64,000 nt of DNA from an uncultured Dehalococcoidia bacterium (GTDB lineage: Bacteria > Chloroflexota > Dehalococcoidia > Lucifugimonadales > CAJWER01). Position 1 is the stretch's first letter. Each line of letters opens with the position of its first letter. The DNA lies in assembly GCA_958296115.1 (NCBI GenBank), contig OY282442.1:1902943-1966942 (forward strand), written 5' to 3'. The notes below the pieces were generated by a model. The model had not been told where the DNA came from. It did no database searches and worked only from the letters and a program-made list of their open reading frames with translations. The translations under genes were made by a program, and so were the position numbers. This document shows, piece after piece, positions 1-8,476 of the stretch.

Positions 1-291
1 CAGGGGTTCTCCCATTCCCTGGAGCTTGACCTGACGAAGCATCGGCAACTGGCGGAGAATTGAGCTGAACCGCTCGGTGGTCAACCGGGTAGTCTTCCGC
101 GCCCAATGCGTCACCTGGCAATGGTCGCAGGCAAAGTTACACATATCTATGGGCTCGACATCGATGCTGTGGGCAGGAAAGGAGTCCTTTTCAGCCCGAG
201 ACGTCTGGCCACCCGCCCGCCGACGGCGTGATAGACCTTTCGAGGGCTGCCCACTCCTACCCGGCGCGATAGTCGCAAGAGACTTCGGAAC
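1..291 (-). CDS. radical SAM protein, N-terminal part (continues past left window edge); start unresolved, apparent frameshift
   Basis: The minus-strand frame is open from 291 to the window edge. It reads ...SFPAHSIDVEPIDMCNFACDHCQVTHW...VKLQGMGEPL, containing the CxxxCxxC radical-SAM cluster motif. The only ATG in this frame is at 144. A good GGAGG+ATG start at 302 lies in a different frame. Confidence 0.6.
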
Positions 292-341
292 CTATTGTTC
301 ATTTCCAAGCGACCTCCACTGATTCTTGCCCCCGCCGGCCG

Positions 342-2033
342 TCACGCCGCGGTTGGGTCTTGTTGCCTCTGAACGAGGAACGCCGCCGTGGCGCAGGCCA
401 GGCCGATAACGAAATTGTAGGCCCCCATGGTGAGTAGGTGGTGAAACATCAGGCCGAACAGGGCCATCACGATAACCCATCCGACGACCAGATCTCTGCC
501 CAAGGACTTCGGCGCCGTCCAAAGCAACCGCATCAGGAAGAACAGAGACAGCAAGTATAATGCCAATGGAATAATGCCCGCTTCGCCGAGCAGCATCAGG
601 TACACATTGTGGACTCCAGTCGGTATCCCTTCGTTTCCGAGAGGGGCATCCTCCATATAGTGGAGCTGATACAAGCCATGACCTACGATGGGAGATTCCA
701 GGACCTTATTGAAGCCCATCTCCCACAAGAGCATTCGTCTCGATAGTCCCCCTCTGCCGCTGCTTTCGCAAGTGATCTCGCCGGCTTCCGGGCGGTCTCG
801 GAGTCCGAGGGATTCCTTCATGCGATTGGACAGCGCGTTGGCATCCGTGGCGGTCTCGGCGGATGCCGCCATAATCGGGCCGATGGCCTGCGTCTGAGCC
901 CGGCGCGTCATGCCGTTCTTCTCGTAGGACACGTAGGCGCGCAAGAACTTGCCCACGTCTTCGTCCTCCAGAGTGTAGTTGGATAAGAGAGCGCCTTCGA
1001 TGTTGGTCCAAGTGGCGTCGTCGGGCGTATCGACGTCGCCGGGCCGGGCGTCGGCCCGCTGCCATCGCCAGGGATTTACCGGGTTGTCGTCAGCCCGGTG
1101 GGACTTGTCGCCAACCAGACAGACGAGGATAGTGTCTCCGTCTCTCACCCAATTCGCTTCGTCCGCGTCAACAACCCCGACCGCCACGGAAGCCGGCGAG
1201 GTCGCTGTGGGAGTTTCCGGTTGCGGGTATGACAAAATCCCCTGTATGTTTAGGATGAGCCAAGTCAGGGCGACGGCCAGGCACAGAACCGTTAGGCCGG
1301 TATGCCAGAGGTCTTGTCTCAGACGGCGGACGTTCACCAGCAGGAACAAAATCAGTATCACGCCCAGAACAATAACCGCTGTACGGGAAAAGGATGCGAG
1401 CGCCGCGGCGCACCCCAGGACCAGGGCCAGATACCCAAGGTGGCGTTGCCGTCCGTTGGATTGAAACGCCAACGCCAGCGCTGCCGTCATGCAGGCGATG
1501 AAGCCCGCGTCGTTGGGGTCGGTAAAAGCGCCGGTCATGCGATAGGGATGCCAGTACGCCGGCAGCGCGCCAATCTCGCGCAGCAGCGGCGATGCCAGGA
1601 TGACGGCGCAGCTTGCCGCCAGAATCACGAGCGTCCACTTCAACAGCGTCTCGACCCCGATTCGCTCCAGCAGCCAGCGGCCACCAAGTATGGCAGCCAG
1701 GGTGACGACGAAGAAAAAACCTTGACGCGCCACGTCTTTGGTCGACAATTCGGAGTCGGTGGCGAGCGGAGCGACGGAGGAAATGAATAGATAGGACGCT
1801 ATCGCGGCGAGGAGCAACAATCCAGGCGTTCCAAGAGACTTCCACCGGCGCAGGCTCACGAAACCCAGCAGGAGCATGCAGCATAGGAGCATAGTCCCAA
1901 GGACGAGCGGCTCTATCACGCCGCCTTGCAGCTTTACGTGGACCAGGACGGCCAGCGCCCAGAAGGACAAGGAGATGCAGGCGACCGACGCGAACTCGAG
2001 TCTCCTCCAAAGTAACGGAATAAGCTGCAGCAT
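342..2033 (-). CDS. O-antigen ligase / Wzy-like polymerase family membrane protein with large inserted loop domain
   Basis: 563-aa ORF with many hydrophobic helices. It has a Wzy_C-like region (GVHNVYLMLLGEAGIIPLALYLL) and sits in a GT/flippase cluster. Confidence 0.7.
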   Translation of the reverse strand: MLQLIPLLWRRLEFASVACISLSFWALAVLVHVKLQGGVIEPLVLGTMLLCCMLLLGFVSLRRWKSLGTPGLLLLAAIASYLFISSVAPLATDSELSTKDVARQGFFFVVTLAAILGGRWLLERIGVETLLKWTLVILAASCAVILASPLLREIGALPAYWHPYRMTGAFTDPNDAGFIACMTAALALAFQSNGRQRHLGYLALVLGCAAALASFSRTAVIVLGVILILFLLVNVRRLRQDLWHTGLTVLCLAVALTWLILNIQGILSYPQPETPTATSPASVAVGVVDADEANWVRDGDTILVCLVGDKSHRADDNPVNPWRWQRADARPGDVDTPDDATWTNIEGALLSNYTLEDEDVGKFLRAYVSYEKNGMTRRAQTQAIGPIMAASAETATDANALSNRMKESLGLRDRPEAGEITCESSGRGGLSRRMLLWEMGFNKVLESPIVGHGLYQLHYMEDAPLGNEGIPTGVHNVYLMLLGEAGIIPLALYLLSLFFLMRLLWTAPKSLGRDLVVGWVIVMALFGLMFHHLLTMGAYNFVIGLACATAAFLVQRQQDPTAA

Positions 2034-2049
2034 ACGTTTTACCCTTCAG

Positions 2050-3174
2050 TCATGGCCGTTTGGCCAGCCGCACGCGCGGGGTCTGTTTCCGGCACAGGCT
2101 GCGCAGCTCGGCGGCCACGCGGTCGTACCAGTCCGCGCTCCGAAAGTGGTCCCCTCGCCGTCTTGCCCCCTCGCACAGCCGCCTGTACAGATCAGGCTCG
2201 TCCAGCAGCCGCTTTATAGCGGCCTCGACCTCCGCGGCGGAACGGGGTTCCACCAGCAGCCCGCTCTCTTCGTGCTCGACCAGCTCGGAAACGCCTCCCC
2301 ACCTGGCGGCGACGACGGGCAGGCCGCACTGAAAGGCTTCGAGGATAGCGCCGGGGTAGCCCTCGCTCCTGTAGTAGCTGGGATACACCAGCAGGTCGTG
2401 TTCACTGAGGACCCGTGGTATTGCCGCCGGATCCAGGACGCCGCCGTAGGTCGCCCTGGGGTGGTCGTCGAACAGGGAGAAGTCCGTGTCGGACATGCCG
2501 GGGCCGAAGACGTTGAGATGACAATGCTCCGGCAGGCGGCGGCACGCTTCGAGGGCTTCGGCCAGCCCCTTGTCCATGTCCAAACGAGCGACGAAAATCA
2601 GCTTTTCCACCCTGCCGCGCCCGGTCCGGGCGGGCGCCTCTATGCCTCTCGTATTCGGGAACCACCTGAAGTTGTCCCGGTTGTCAAAGCTGCGGCGCAG
2701 ATACTGCGTCTCCACGTACACCCGCGAAGAGCGCATATAGGTCCGATCAGCCAGCCACCGCGCCACCGCGCCATATCCCAGGTAATCCGCCATCATGTCG
2801 CCCCCGGTGATGCGCACCACGAAGGGCTTGCGCGTCATCTTGCAGACGGCCCATAGGAACGATGCTAGGCTCAGCGCCGAATAGGGCGCGATGATGAGGA
2901 ACACGACGTCGGAGCGCCATATCTTCCTTGCGGCTCCCCAGGCTACTCTCAGGAACCTCGCCAGGCGATTGGCCCTGATTTTCCAGGCGGGCAGATTCGT
3001 CACGCCCCCCGACGTGTCTATGACGTCCACCTCGAAGTCGCGCGCCCCCAATTCCCGCACCTGCTCGTCGGCCATCACCTTGTTGCCCCCGACTACGTTG
3101 GTATCGGACGCCCCGGTCTTCTGTATCGGGGCGATGAGCAGGATGCTGGGCGCTCGGATCTCTTTACCGGTCAA
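2050..3174 (-). CDS. glycosyltransferase family 4 (GT-B fold)
   Basis: The signature EGYPGAILEAFQCGLPVVAARWGGVSELVEHEESGLLVEP matches the GT4 E-x7-E region. The ORF-track start at 3552 would overlap the flippase gene. A TTG at 3174 overlaps the flippase stop (TTGA) and precedes the ILLIAP N-terminus. Confidence 0.8.
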   Translation of the reverse strand: MTGKEIRAPSILLIAPIQKTGASDTNVVGGNKVMADEQVRELGARDFEVDVIDTSGGVTNLPAWKIRANRLARFLRVAWGAARKIWRSDVVFLIIAPYSALSLASFLWAVCKMTRKPFVVRITGGDMMADYLGYGAVARWLADRTYMRSSRVYVETQYLRRSFDNRDNFRWFPNTRGIEAPARTGRGRVEKLIFVARLDMDKGLAEALEACRRLPEHCHLNVFGPGMSDTDFSLFDDHPRATYGGVLDPAAIPRVLSEHDLLVYPSYYRSEGYPGAILEAFQCGLPVVAARWGGVSELVEHEESGLLVEPRSAAEVEAAIKRLLDEPDLYRRLCEGARRRGDHFRSADWYDRVAAELRSLCRKQTPRVRLAKRP

Positions 3175-4634
3175 CGTGATTCCCGCTCCTTCTCGAATTG
3201 AGCATGGGCGGAGGAGTTCCCCCTGGTCCAGCCTGACAGCGCGGACCGACCCGCGGCCCACAGGAAGCTTGCGTCGCCGCGCCGCGGCAGCCAGACCGCG
3301 GGCAGACCCGTTCGAGTCGTTCTGTGGAAGACTACGGATAGGAACAGACATCCGCACACCATGCCGATGGTCATGCCCCACGCCGCCGCCTCGACGCCAA
3401 GTCTCGGGTAGAGCGGGAGCAACGCGCCGAGATTGGCGCACAGTCCCAGGAAGACCGCCCACGAGCAGATATGCGGGCGGTTGACGCCCTTGAAGTGTGT
3501 CATGAAGATTGCCGAGACGGCGTAGGCGAGCATCCCCGGCGCGATAATCCACAGGAGCGGAACCGCCGGCAGGAAGGCTTCCGAAAGCAGTAGCCCCACC
3601 AGTGGGGCGCTGATCGCGAGCGAGACGAGCATGGGAATCGCGGTGCCCACGCAGACCAGGCGCAGGCAGAGCGCGACCATCTCGACGCGCTCGGCGCCCG
3701 CGACGCGGGGAAACAGCGCGTTGCCCACCGCGTTGGAGATCAGCATGAACCCAAGCATGAGCGCGCTCGCGGCTGCGAACAGCCCAATTTCTCCCTGGCT
3801 GGCGATCAATCCAAGGATGACGACGCCGAAGTGAGGTTCGACGGCGTTGCCGAGCCGCGCGGCATGGTATTTCAAGCCGTAGCCGAGAATGCGGCTGATA
3901 TTCGAGCGGTCCGGCATCTCGAAGGCCAGCCCGTAATGCCGCCGCAGGTACAGCAGGCAGGCGGCTATCATGACGCCATGCCCGGCGGCAAAGGCGATGA
4001 TGGCGCCGTCCACCCCAAGCCCCAGGCTCCGGACGAGGACCAGAAGCGTGAGCGCGTTCGCCGCGACCCGGAGTATTGAGAAGACCGCCAAGCGCCTGAA
4101 GCGCCGGAGCGCGACGAGTTGGTGGTCGAGCGCGATGGAGATGGCCGTGAGGGGGGCCAGCGCAAGCGACAGCAGGAACGTGTGGGTCTCCGCCTTTTCA
4201 AAGAAGGCGGGGCCGTTGTATATCAGCGGGACCGCCAGCGCGGCGGCCAGCCCTCCGCCGGCGAAGCAAATGATCAGGGCCGATGACACGCCTTGCGAGA
4301 CGCTCATCCGCCGCGCCGCCACGAAATACTGCGCGCCCTGTTGCGCGCCGGGCGTGAGGAGCAGACCAAGTAGGGCCCCGAACGCAATGCAGACGGCGTA
4401 GGCGCCCCTTCCTTCGGGAAGCAGCATGTAGGCGAGCAGCCCCTGTATCAGCAGGGTCAGCCCCGCCATGCCGGCCAGGGTCGCAAACATTGTGGACACA
4501 TCCTGCCCGCCGGTTGTGGCCGGCGCTTCCGGCGCATCTGTCGTTGCAGGCTTCGATTGGAGCATGACGCGGATTGGTGAACCGGACGCTGGACTTCGGG
4601 CCACGCGGCGCTTGCCAATGGGTCCAGAGTTCAT
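3171..4634 (-). CDS. polysaccharide flippase (MOP/Wzx-like polysaccharide biosynthesis protein)
   Basis: 487-aa ORF, hydrophobic throughout with about 12 or more helices, placed between two GT genes. The exact start is uncertain (alternative ATGs at 4565 and 4490). Confidence 0.7.
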   Translation of the reverse strand: MNSGPIGKRRVARSPASGSPIRVMLQSKPATTDAPEAPATTGGQDVSTMFATLAGMAGLTLLIQGLLAYMLLPEGRGAYAVCIAFGALLGLLLTPGAQQGAQYFVAARRMSVSQGVSSALIICFAGGGLAAALAVPLIYNGPAFFEKAETHTFLLSLALAPLTAISIALDHQLVALRRFRRLAVFSILRVAANALTLLVLVRSLGLGVDGAIIAFAAGHGVMIAACLLYLRRHYGLAFEMPDRSNISRILGYGLKYHAARLGNAVEPHFGVVILGLIASQGEIGLFAAASALMLGFMLISNAVGNALFPRVAGAERVEMVALCLRLVCVGTAIPMLVSLAISAPLVGLLLSEAFLPAVPLLWIIAPGMLAYAVSAIFMTHFKGVNRPHICSWAVFLGLCANLGALLPLYPRLGVEAAAWGMTIGMVCGCLFLSVVFHRTTRTGLPAVWLPRRGDASFLWAAGRSALSGWTRGNSSAHAQFEKERESR

Positions 4635-4665
4635 TTATCTCTTTTCAAGGGATGTCCTGCATACC

Positions 4666-5625
4666 CTACAAGGAGGATGAGGATGGAATGAAGAAGCCTA
4701 TCCCCCAGCTCAGGTGCATGGTCGCCAGCGCCAGCGGAAGGAGGATGGCCGCCGGGTCCCGTCGCCGAAAGCCCACGACCGCCGCCCCGACCGCCAGGGT
4801 CGAAACGTAAGCAAGCAGCAACGCCGCCAACAGCCAGGGGAATCCGGCTAGGGCCAGCGCCGCCCCGGCCGCCAGGCTCAGCGCCAACCCGGGAGCGGCA
4901 AGTTGGCGAGGGCGAACCGAGCCCGGATGCCTCATGATAACCGCCGACTTCCCTCGACCGTATCTAAAATACTGCCGCGCCAGCGCCCAGAACGTGCCGC
5001 GGGGCCGGTAATGCGCCACCAGCTCGGGATCGAACCATACGATCTTTCCCCGCTTGCGCAGCCGGTAGTTGAACTCATAGTCCTCGTTCCCGGCCAGATT
5101 GGTATATCCTCCGCCCATCTCCTCCAGCGTCTCACGAGAGAACACGCCCAGAAATGCGGTGTCGGCGACTCCCTCCTGCCCGCCCAGCCGATGGCGAGCG
5201 TCGCCTGCTCCCAATGGGGTGGTCATGGCCATCGCCACCGTTCGCTCGAAGGGGGTGGTCCCCACCGCTAGTTGTCGTCCGCCGACGTTTGCCGCCCCTG
5301 TTCGCTCCAGGGTTTCCACGGCTCGGCTCACGTAACCGGGCGGAAAGCTCGTATGGGCGTCGCACCGCACCATGACGTCTCCGGTGGCCGCCCGAAACGC
5401 TGCGTTGGCTCCGGGCACGAGGGTTCTTTCCGGATTGGGAATCAGCTTCACCGACGGATGAGACCGCCGGACAAGTTCGGACATGGCCGGGGTTTCGGAG
5501 CCGTCCGCGACGATGACCTCTATAGGCCCTTCATAGTCCTGAGCTAATATCGAATCAAGGGTGGGAATTATGGTCGCTTCGGCATTGCGCGCCGGAATTA
5601 TTACCGATACGGGTGGGGGGGTCAT
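4666..5625 (-). CDS. glycosyltransferase family 2 with C-terminal TM helices
   Basis: VSVIIPARNAEATIIPTLDSILAQDYEGPIEVIVADGSE is a GT2 N-terminal motif. The ATG at 5625 (MTPPPVSVIIP) is preferred over the longer track ORF. Confidence 0.8.
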   Translation of the reverse strand: MTPPPVSVIIPARNAEATIIPTLDSILAQDYEGPIEVIVADGSETPAMSELVRRSHPSVKLIPNPERTLVPGANAAFRAATGDVMVRCDAHTSFPPGYVSRAVETLERTGAANVGGRQLAVGTTPFERTVAMAMTTPLGAGDARHRLGGQEGVADTAFLGVFSRETLEEMGGGYTNLAGNEDYEFNYRLRKRGKIVWFDPELVAHYRPRGTFWALARQYFRYGRGKSAVIMRHPGSVRPRQLAAPGLALSLAAGAALALAGFPWLLAALLLAYVSTLAVGAAVVGFRRRDPAAILLPLALATMHLSWGIGFFIPSSSSL

Positions 5626-5847
5626 GCAATAACCATCGGGATTCGAGGTTTGCTGATATTGATGTTCATCGCGCCGCATCCTGCCACGGCCGCTCGCGGC
5701 ATTCGTTGAGGCGCTCGCTGCGTGCATACGTCAACGAAGTCGGGACGCTCCATACCCAGCATTTGCCTGACGTCATCATAGGCTGCCCCTATGCCAGTAT
5801 GAGCGCCATGCGAGCCGCGGCGTGAAGGTTCTCGATCCTGTCCAGTT

Positions 5848-5923
5848 TGGTGGGGGATAGAGGACTCGAACCTCTGACCTCCTGTGTGTAAGACAGGCGC
5901 TCTAACCATCTGAGCTAACCCCC
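5848..5923 (-). tRNA. tRNA-Val (anticodon TAC), CCA encoded
   Basis: The reverse complement is GGGGGTTAGCTCAGATGGTTAGAGCGCCTGTCTTACACACAGGAGGTCAGAGGTTCGAGTCCTCTATCCCCCACCA. It folds as a cloverleaf with anticodon loop CTTACAC and T-loop GGTTCGAGTCC. Confidence 0.9.
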
Positions 5924-5959
5924 CGCGCGGCGCGGGCCGCGGTGTTGGTGAGAGGGACG

Positions 5960-6036
5960 TGGCGCGCTTGGCGGGACTCGAACCCACGGCCTCAGCCTCC
6001 GCAGGGCTGCGCTCTATCCAACTGAGCTACAAGCGC
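5960..6036 (-). tRNA. tRNA-Arg (anticodon GCG), CCA encoded
   Basis: The reverse complement is GCGCTTGTAGCTCAGTTGGATAGAGCGCAGCCCTGCGGAGGCTGAGGCCGTGGGTTCGAGTCCCGCCAAGCGCGCCA. The 7-bp acceptor stem, D stem GCTC/GAGC, anticodon stem CAGCC/GGCTG with loop CTGCGGA, and T arm GTGGG/CCCGC all pair. Confidence 0.85.
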
Positions 6037-6230
6037 GCTTGTGTTGTGAGGATACACCCACGGCGTTTATCTCACGGGCAAGGGTCATGCGCCAACTCCT
6101 GGCGCCAGTTCTCCACAACCCGATGCGTGGAGCCTTGCAGCATCAATCGTAGGCGAACGCATCACCGGTGTCAACGCGCGTGCGCCACCCAAACCCACCG
6201 CCTCCGGCGCGTCGGCCCTTGGGGAGCGAG

Positions 6231-6767
6231 TTAGCCTCGCGCCAGCAGGATTCTCAGGACTTCTGGAGCGGCCTGGGCTGCCCTGCCGCGCAACTCGCGG
6301 GCGGGCAGGCTGCCCAGCGGGTGGGGCAATATGACGTATGGGAAGCCTGGGATTCCTCCGAGCTTGGCCATGGCGTCGGCGCTGGATATGAAGGGCTCGG
6401 TACAGATGACGGCCGTGGGCACGCCCATCTTCTCGAGGTTGATCCCGTCGTGCATACTGCACGACGAACAGGAGCCTCAGTCGCCGGATGCGGTTATGAC
6501 GACATCGCACTTGTGAGCGAGCTCCTCGAGTATGTGCGGCGGGCATGGCCTGGAGGCGTTGCCCTTGTCGACCGATACGACGTCGGCGAACTCGTAGCTG
6601 TCGGCGAGGACCTCATGGACCATGTCCAGCAATTCGGGGGCGTTCTCCTTGCCGTTGGCGAGCAGGCCGAGGGTGACGCGGTCGAGTGTGGCCGGACGCG
6701 GGCTGACGACCGCGTGGTCGGGCAGGGTCTCTACGGTCGGGTCCAGTACCTCTATCGCGCTGGTCAT
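6231..6767 (-). CDS. UGSC-motif (seleno)protein; in-frame TGA (6479..6477) read as selenocysteine
   Basis: Track ORFs 6477..6767 and 6231..6455 are in the same frame, separated only by TGA plus 7 codons. The junction reads ...VVITASGD-U-GSCSSCSMHDGINLEKMGVPTAVICTEPF. A stable hairpin starts 10 nt after the TGA. Confidence 0.7.
6446..6466 (-). promoter_or_regulatory. candidate bacterial SECIS hairpin
   Basis: The mRNA reads UGA-GGCUCCUGUU-CGUCGUGCA-GUA-UGCACGACG. This is a 9-bp perfect stem (or 8 bp with a 5-nt AGUAU loop), with G-U in the apical loop about 20 nt downstream of the UGA. Confidence 0.55.
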
Positions 6768-6801
6768 TCTATCGCCTCCTTCGGTGTTGCCGGCAGTGGC
6801 A

Positions 6802-7776
6802 TCAGACCGGCCGGGTGACGGACTTGGAGCTCGAGCCTGCGCCCCACAAGGGTATCACGGACGCAAAGCCGCCTGCCGCGCCGCCGGCGACGAGCACGCG
6901 GACGGCTTCGGGGCTGGACACCGATTGCTCCAGCTCTCCGTCGCGCTCTCGCTGGCACACTGCGAACAGGGACTCCTGTACTTGGCGCTTCGACCATCCC
7001 GCTCCCCTGAAGTGGCCTATCAGCTCCGGGCTGAGTGCCACTACCACCTCGTCTTGGTTGGTTCCCGCTGCAAACATGGCGTCCTCGAAGGCCGCGAGAA
7101 TGGCTTCTGGGTCCCCGTCCTCGCTGGAGACGGGTATGGGTGAGAGGCCGGGAAATACCGTTACGGCGCTGCGGTCCCGCTCGATGCCGCGCTCGACGTG
7201 CAGCGGGGGCCAAGGGCTGGTGGCCTCGTCCTCGGCCATGCACCAGGTGTACTTGCCCGGATGCCCAATGGTTGCCTTGTCCAGCTCGCCGGGGCGGGCG
7301 CCGGTGACGTTCATGACGACGAGCCTGATAGCGCGGCCGATGGTTGCGTTGGCGCGGTTGCCGGGCCCGAAGACGCTGACCCCGGAGTTCAAGCCTATGC
7401 GCCGGGTTATCGGGCCGTTGACAACGGTCAGGACGGCAGCGCCCATCGTGGAGACGGTGACGGCGTGGAGATTGAACTCGCGCTGGCACATGGCCTCCAG
7501 CGCGGCGACGACGATAGGGAAGTAGCCCGGCAGGCACCCGGCCATGACCGCGTTGGCCGCGGCTTTCTCGGCGGTGATCACGTGACCCTTCACGGTTTCC
7601 ACGCCCAGGATGTCCGAGGGTGACCGTCGGCCGCCCTTGAGCATGGCCCGCACACGCTCCACGGTCGGCGGGACGATGGGCAGCCCATCTGTCCAGCCCC
7701 TTTCCAGGAAGGCTTCCATCAGGGCGTCCTCATCGTCGAAGGCAAGGCGCTTGGAGGTCAGGACGGTAGAGGTCAA
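6802..7776 (-). CDS. conserved hypothetical protein, co-directional with and upstream of the UGSC selenoprotein gene
   Basis: 324-aa ORF with protein-like composition (GWTDGLPIVPPT..., AANAVMAGCLPGYFPIV...). There is a 35-nt gap to the downstream gene. I recognise no family. Confidence 0.6.
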   Translation of the reverse strand: MTSTVLTSKRLAFDDEDALMEAFLERGWTDGLPIVPPTVERVRAMLKGGRRSPSDILGVETVKGHVITAEKAAANAVMAGCLPGYFPIVVAALEAMCQREFNLHAVTVSTMGAAVLTVVNGPITRRIGLNSGVSVFGPGNRANATIGRAIRLVVMNVTGARPGELDKATIGHPGKYTWCMAEDEATSPWPPLHVERGIERDRSAVTVFPGLSPIPVSSEDGDPEAILAAFEDAMFAAGTNQDEVVVALSPELIGHFRGAGWSKRQVQESLFAVCQRERDGELEQSVSSPEAVRVLVAGGAAGGFASVIPLWGAGSSSKSVTRPV

Positions 7777-7953
7777 GTCGGATTATCCCCGATATGCCCA
7801 GTATGGAGGTTGCCAGGTTGGGCATGATAGACGTACCTGCTCGCGCTGGTCAAGATCACCGCGCAAGGGCCGGCAGGGCGGCAGGGTCTTGACGCAGGTG
7901 TGTATAATGTGCGCCAGTTGCTGACCGTGGCTTGGCGGTGAGCGCGAAGGAGG

Positions 7954-8367
7954 ATGGCAATGCGGGTCGTACAGCGAGTTTTGGGAGCCTATGCGATGGT
8001 CGTCGCTCTGGCGGTGGGGGTGAACTTCATCCTGACCCCCTTGTTCTTCGACAATGAAACAGGCTACCCGGTATGGGATGTCCTGAACTGGTTCATGGTG
8101 GCTGCGGTACTGGTCGCGTTCATCGCGAGCTGCGTGGACATGCGGCGCGTGTGCGTGGAGGGGGACGACGCCAGCCTGAAGCGGTACCTGAGCGTCAACG
8201 CGGCCTTCTACGCATCTGGAGTTTTGGCGCTCCTGTTCTTCTCGAACTGGGCGGCCAGCCTCGCGAGCCACGCCAGCTTGGAGGACTGGACCATATGGGC
8301 GATAGTTGACGCGATACTGCCGCCGATAGTGGGGGCCGCCGGCCTCAGGCTTTGGCGGACGGCGTGA
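7954..8367 (+). CDS. small 4-TM membrane protein (paralog A)
   Basis: 137 aa and hydrophobic. It is similar to the product of 8477..8887 (PVWDVLNWFMVAAVLVA versus VVWDILNFFMAAGVLIA). Confidence 0.6.
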   Translation: MAMRVVQRVLGAYAMVVALAVGVNFILTPLFFDNETGYPVWDVLNWFMVAAVLVAFIASCVDMRRVCVEGDDASLKRYLSVNAAFYASGVLALLFFSNWAASLASHASLEDWTIWAIVDAILPPIVGAAGLRLWRTA

Positions 8368-8370
8368 TTA

Positions 8371-8460
8371 GGCATCCTTCATCACCCTAACCCTCTCCCT
8401 TGACGGGAGAGGGGATAAGGCGGGACTGCCTTGCCCATCATATCTGAACGGACGGAGTAC
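8371..8460. repeat. REP/MITE-like hairpin element (family 1), 5'-truncated copy
   Basis: The sequence is GGCATCCTTCATCACCCTAACCCTCTCCCTTGACGGGAGAGGGGATAAGGCGGGACTGCC...CTGAACGGACGGAGTAC. The same consensus occurs at 9 or more other intergenic sites. Confidence 0.85.
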
Positions 8461-8476
8461 CAGCGGGAGGAAGACA

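Noticed and set aside
77-522. Track ORFs 77..322 (+) and 292..522 (-).
   Set aside because: The first is antisense to the radical SAM motif frame. The second overlaps the 3' end of the Wzy-like gene and the intergenic gap. Neither has recognisable motifs.
5848-6036. The tRNA-Val/tRNA-Arg pair might be an integration site for the adjacent polysaccharide cluster or a prophage.
   Set aside because: There is no integrase gene, no direct repeat of a tRNA 3' end, and no obvious compositional break visible around the tRNAs.
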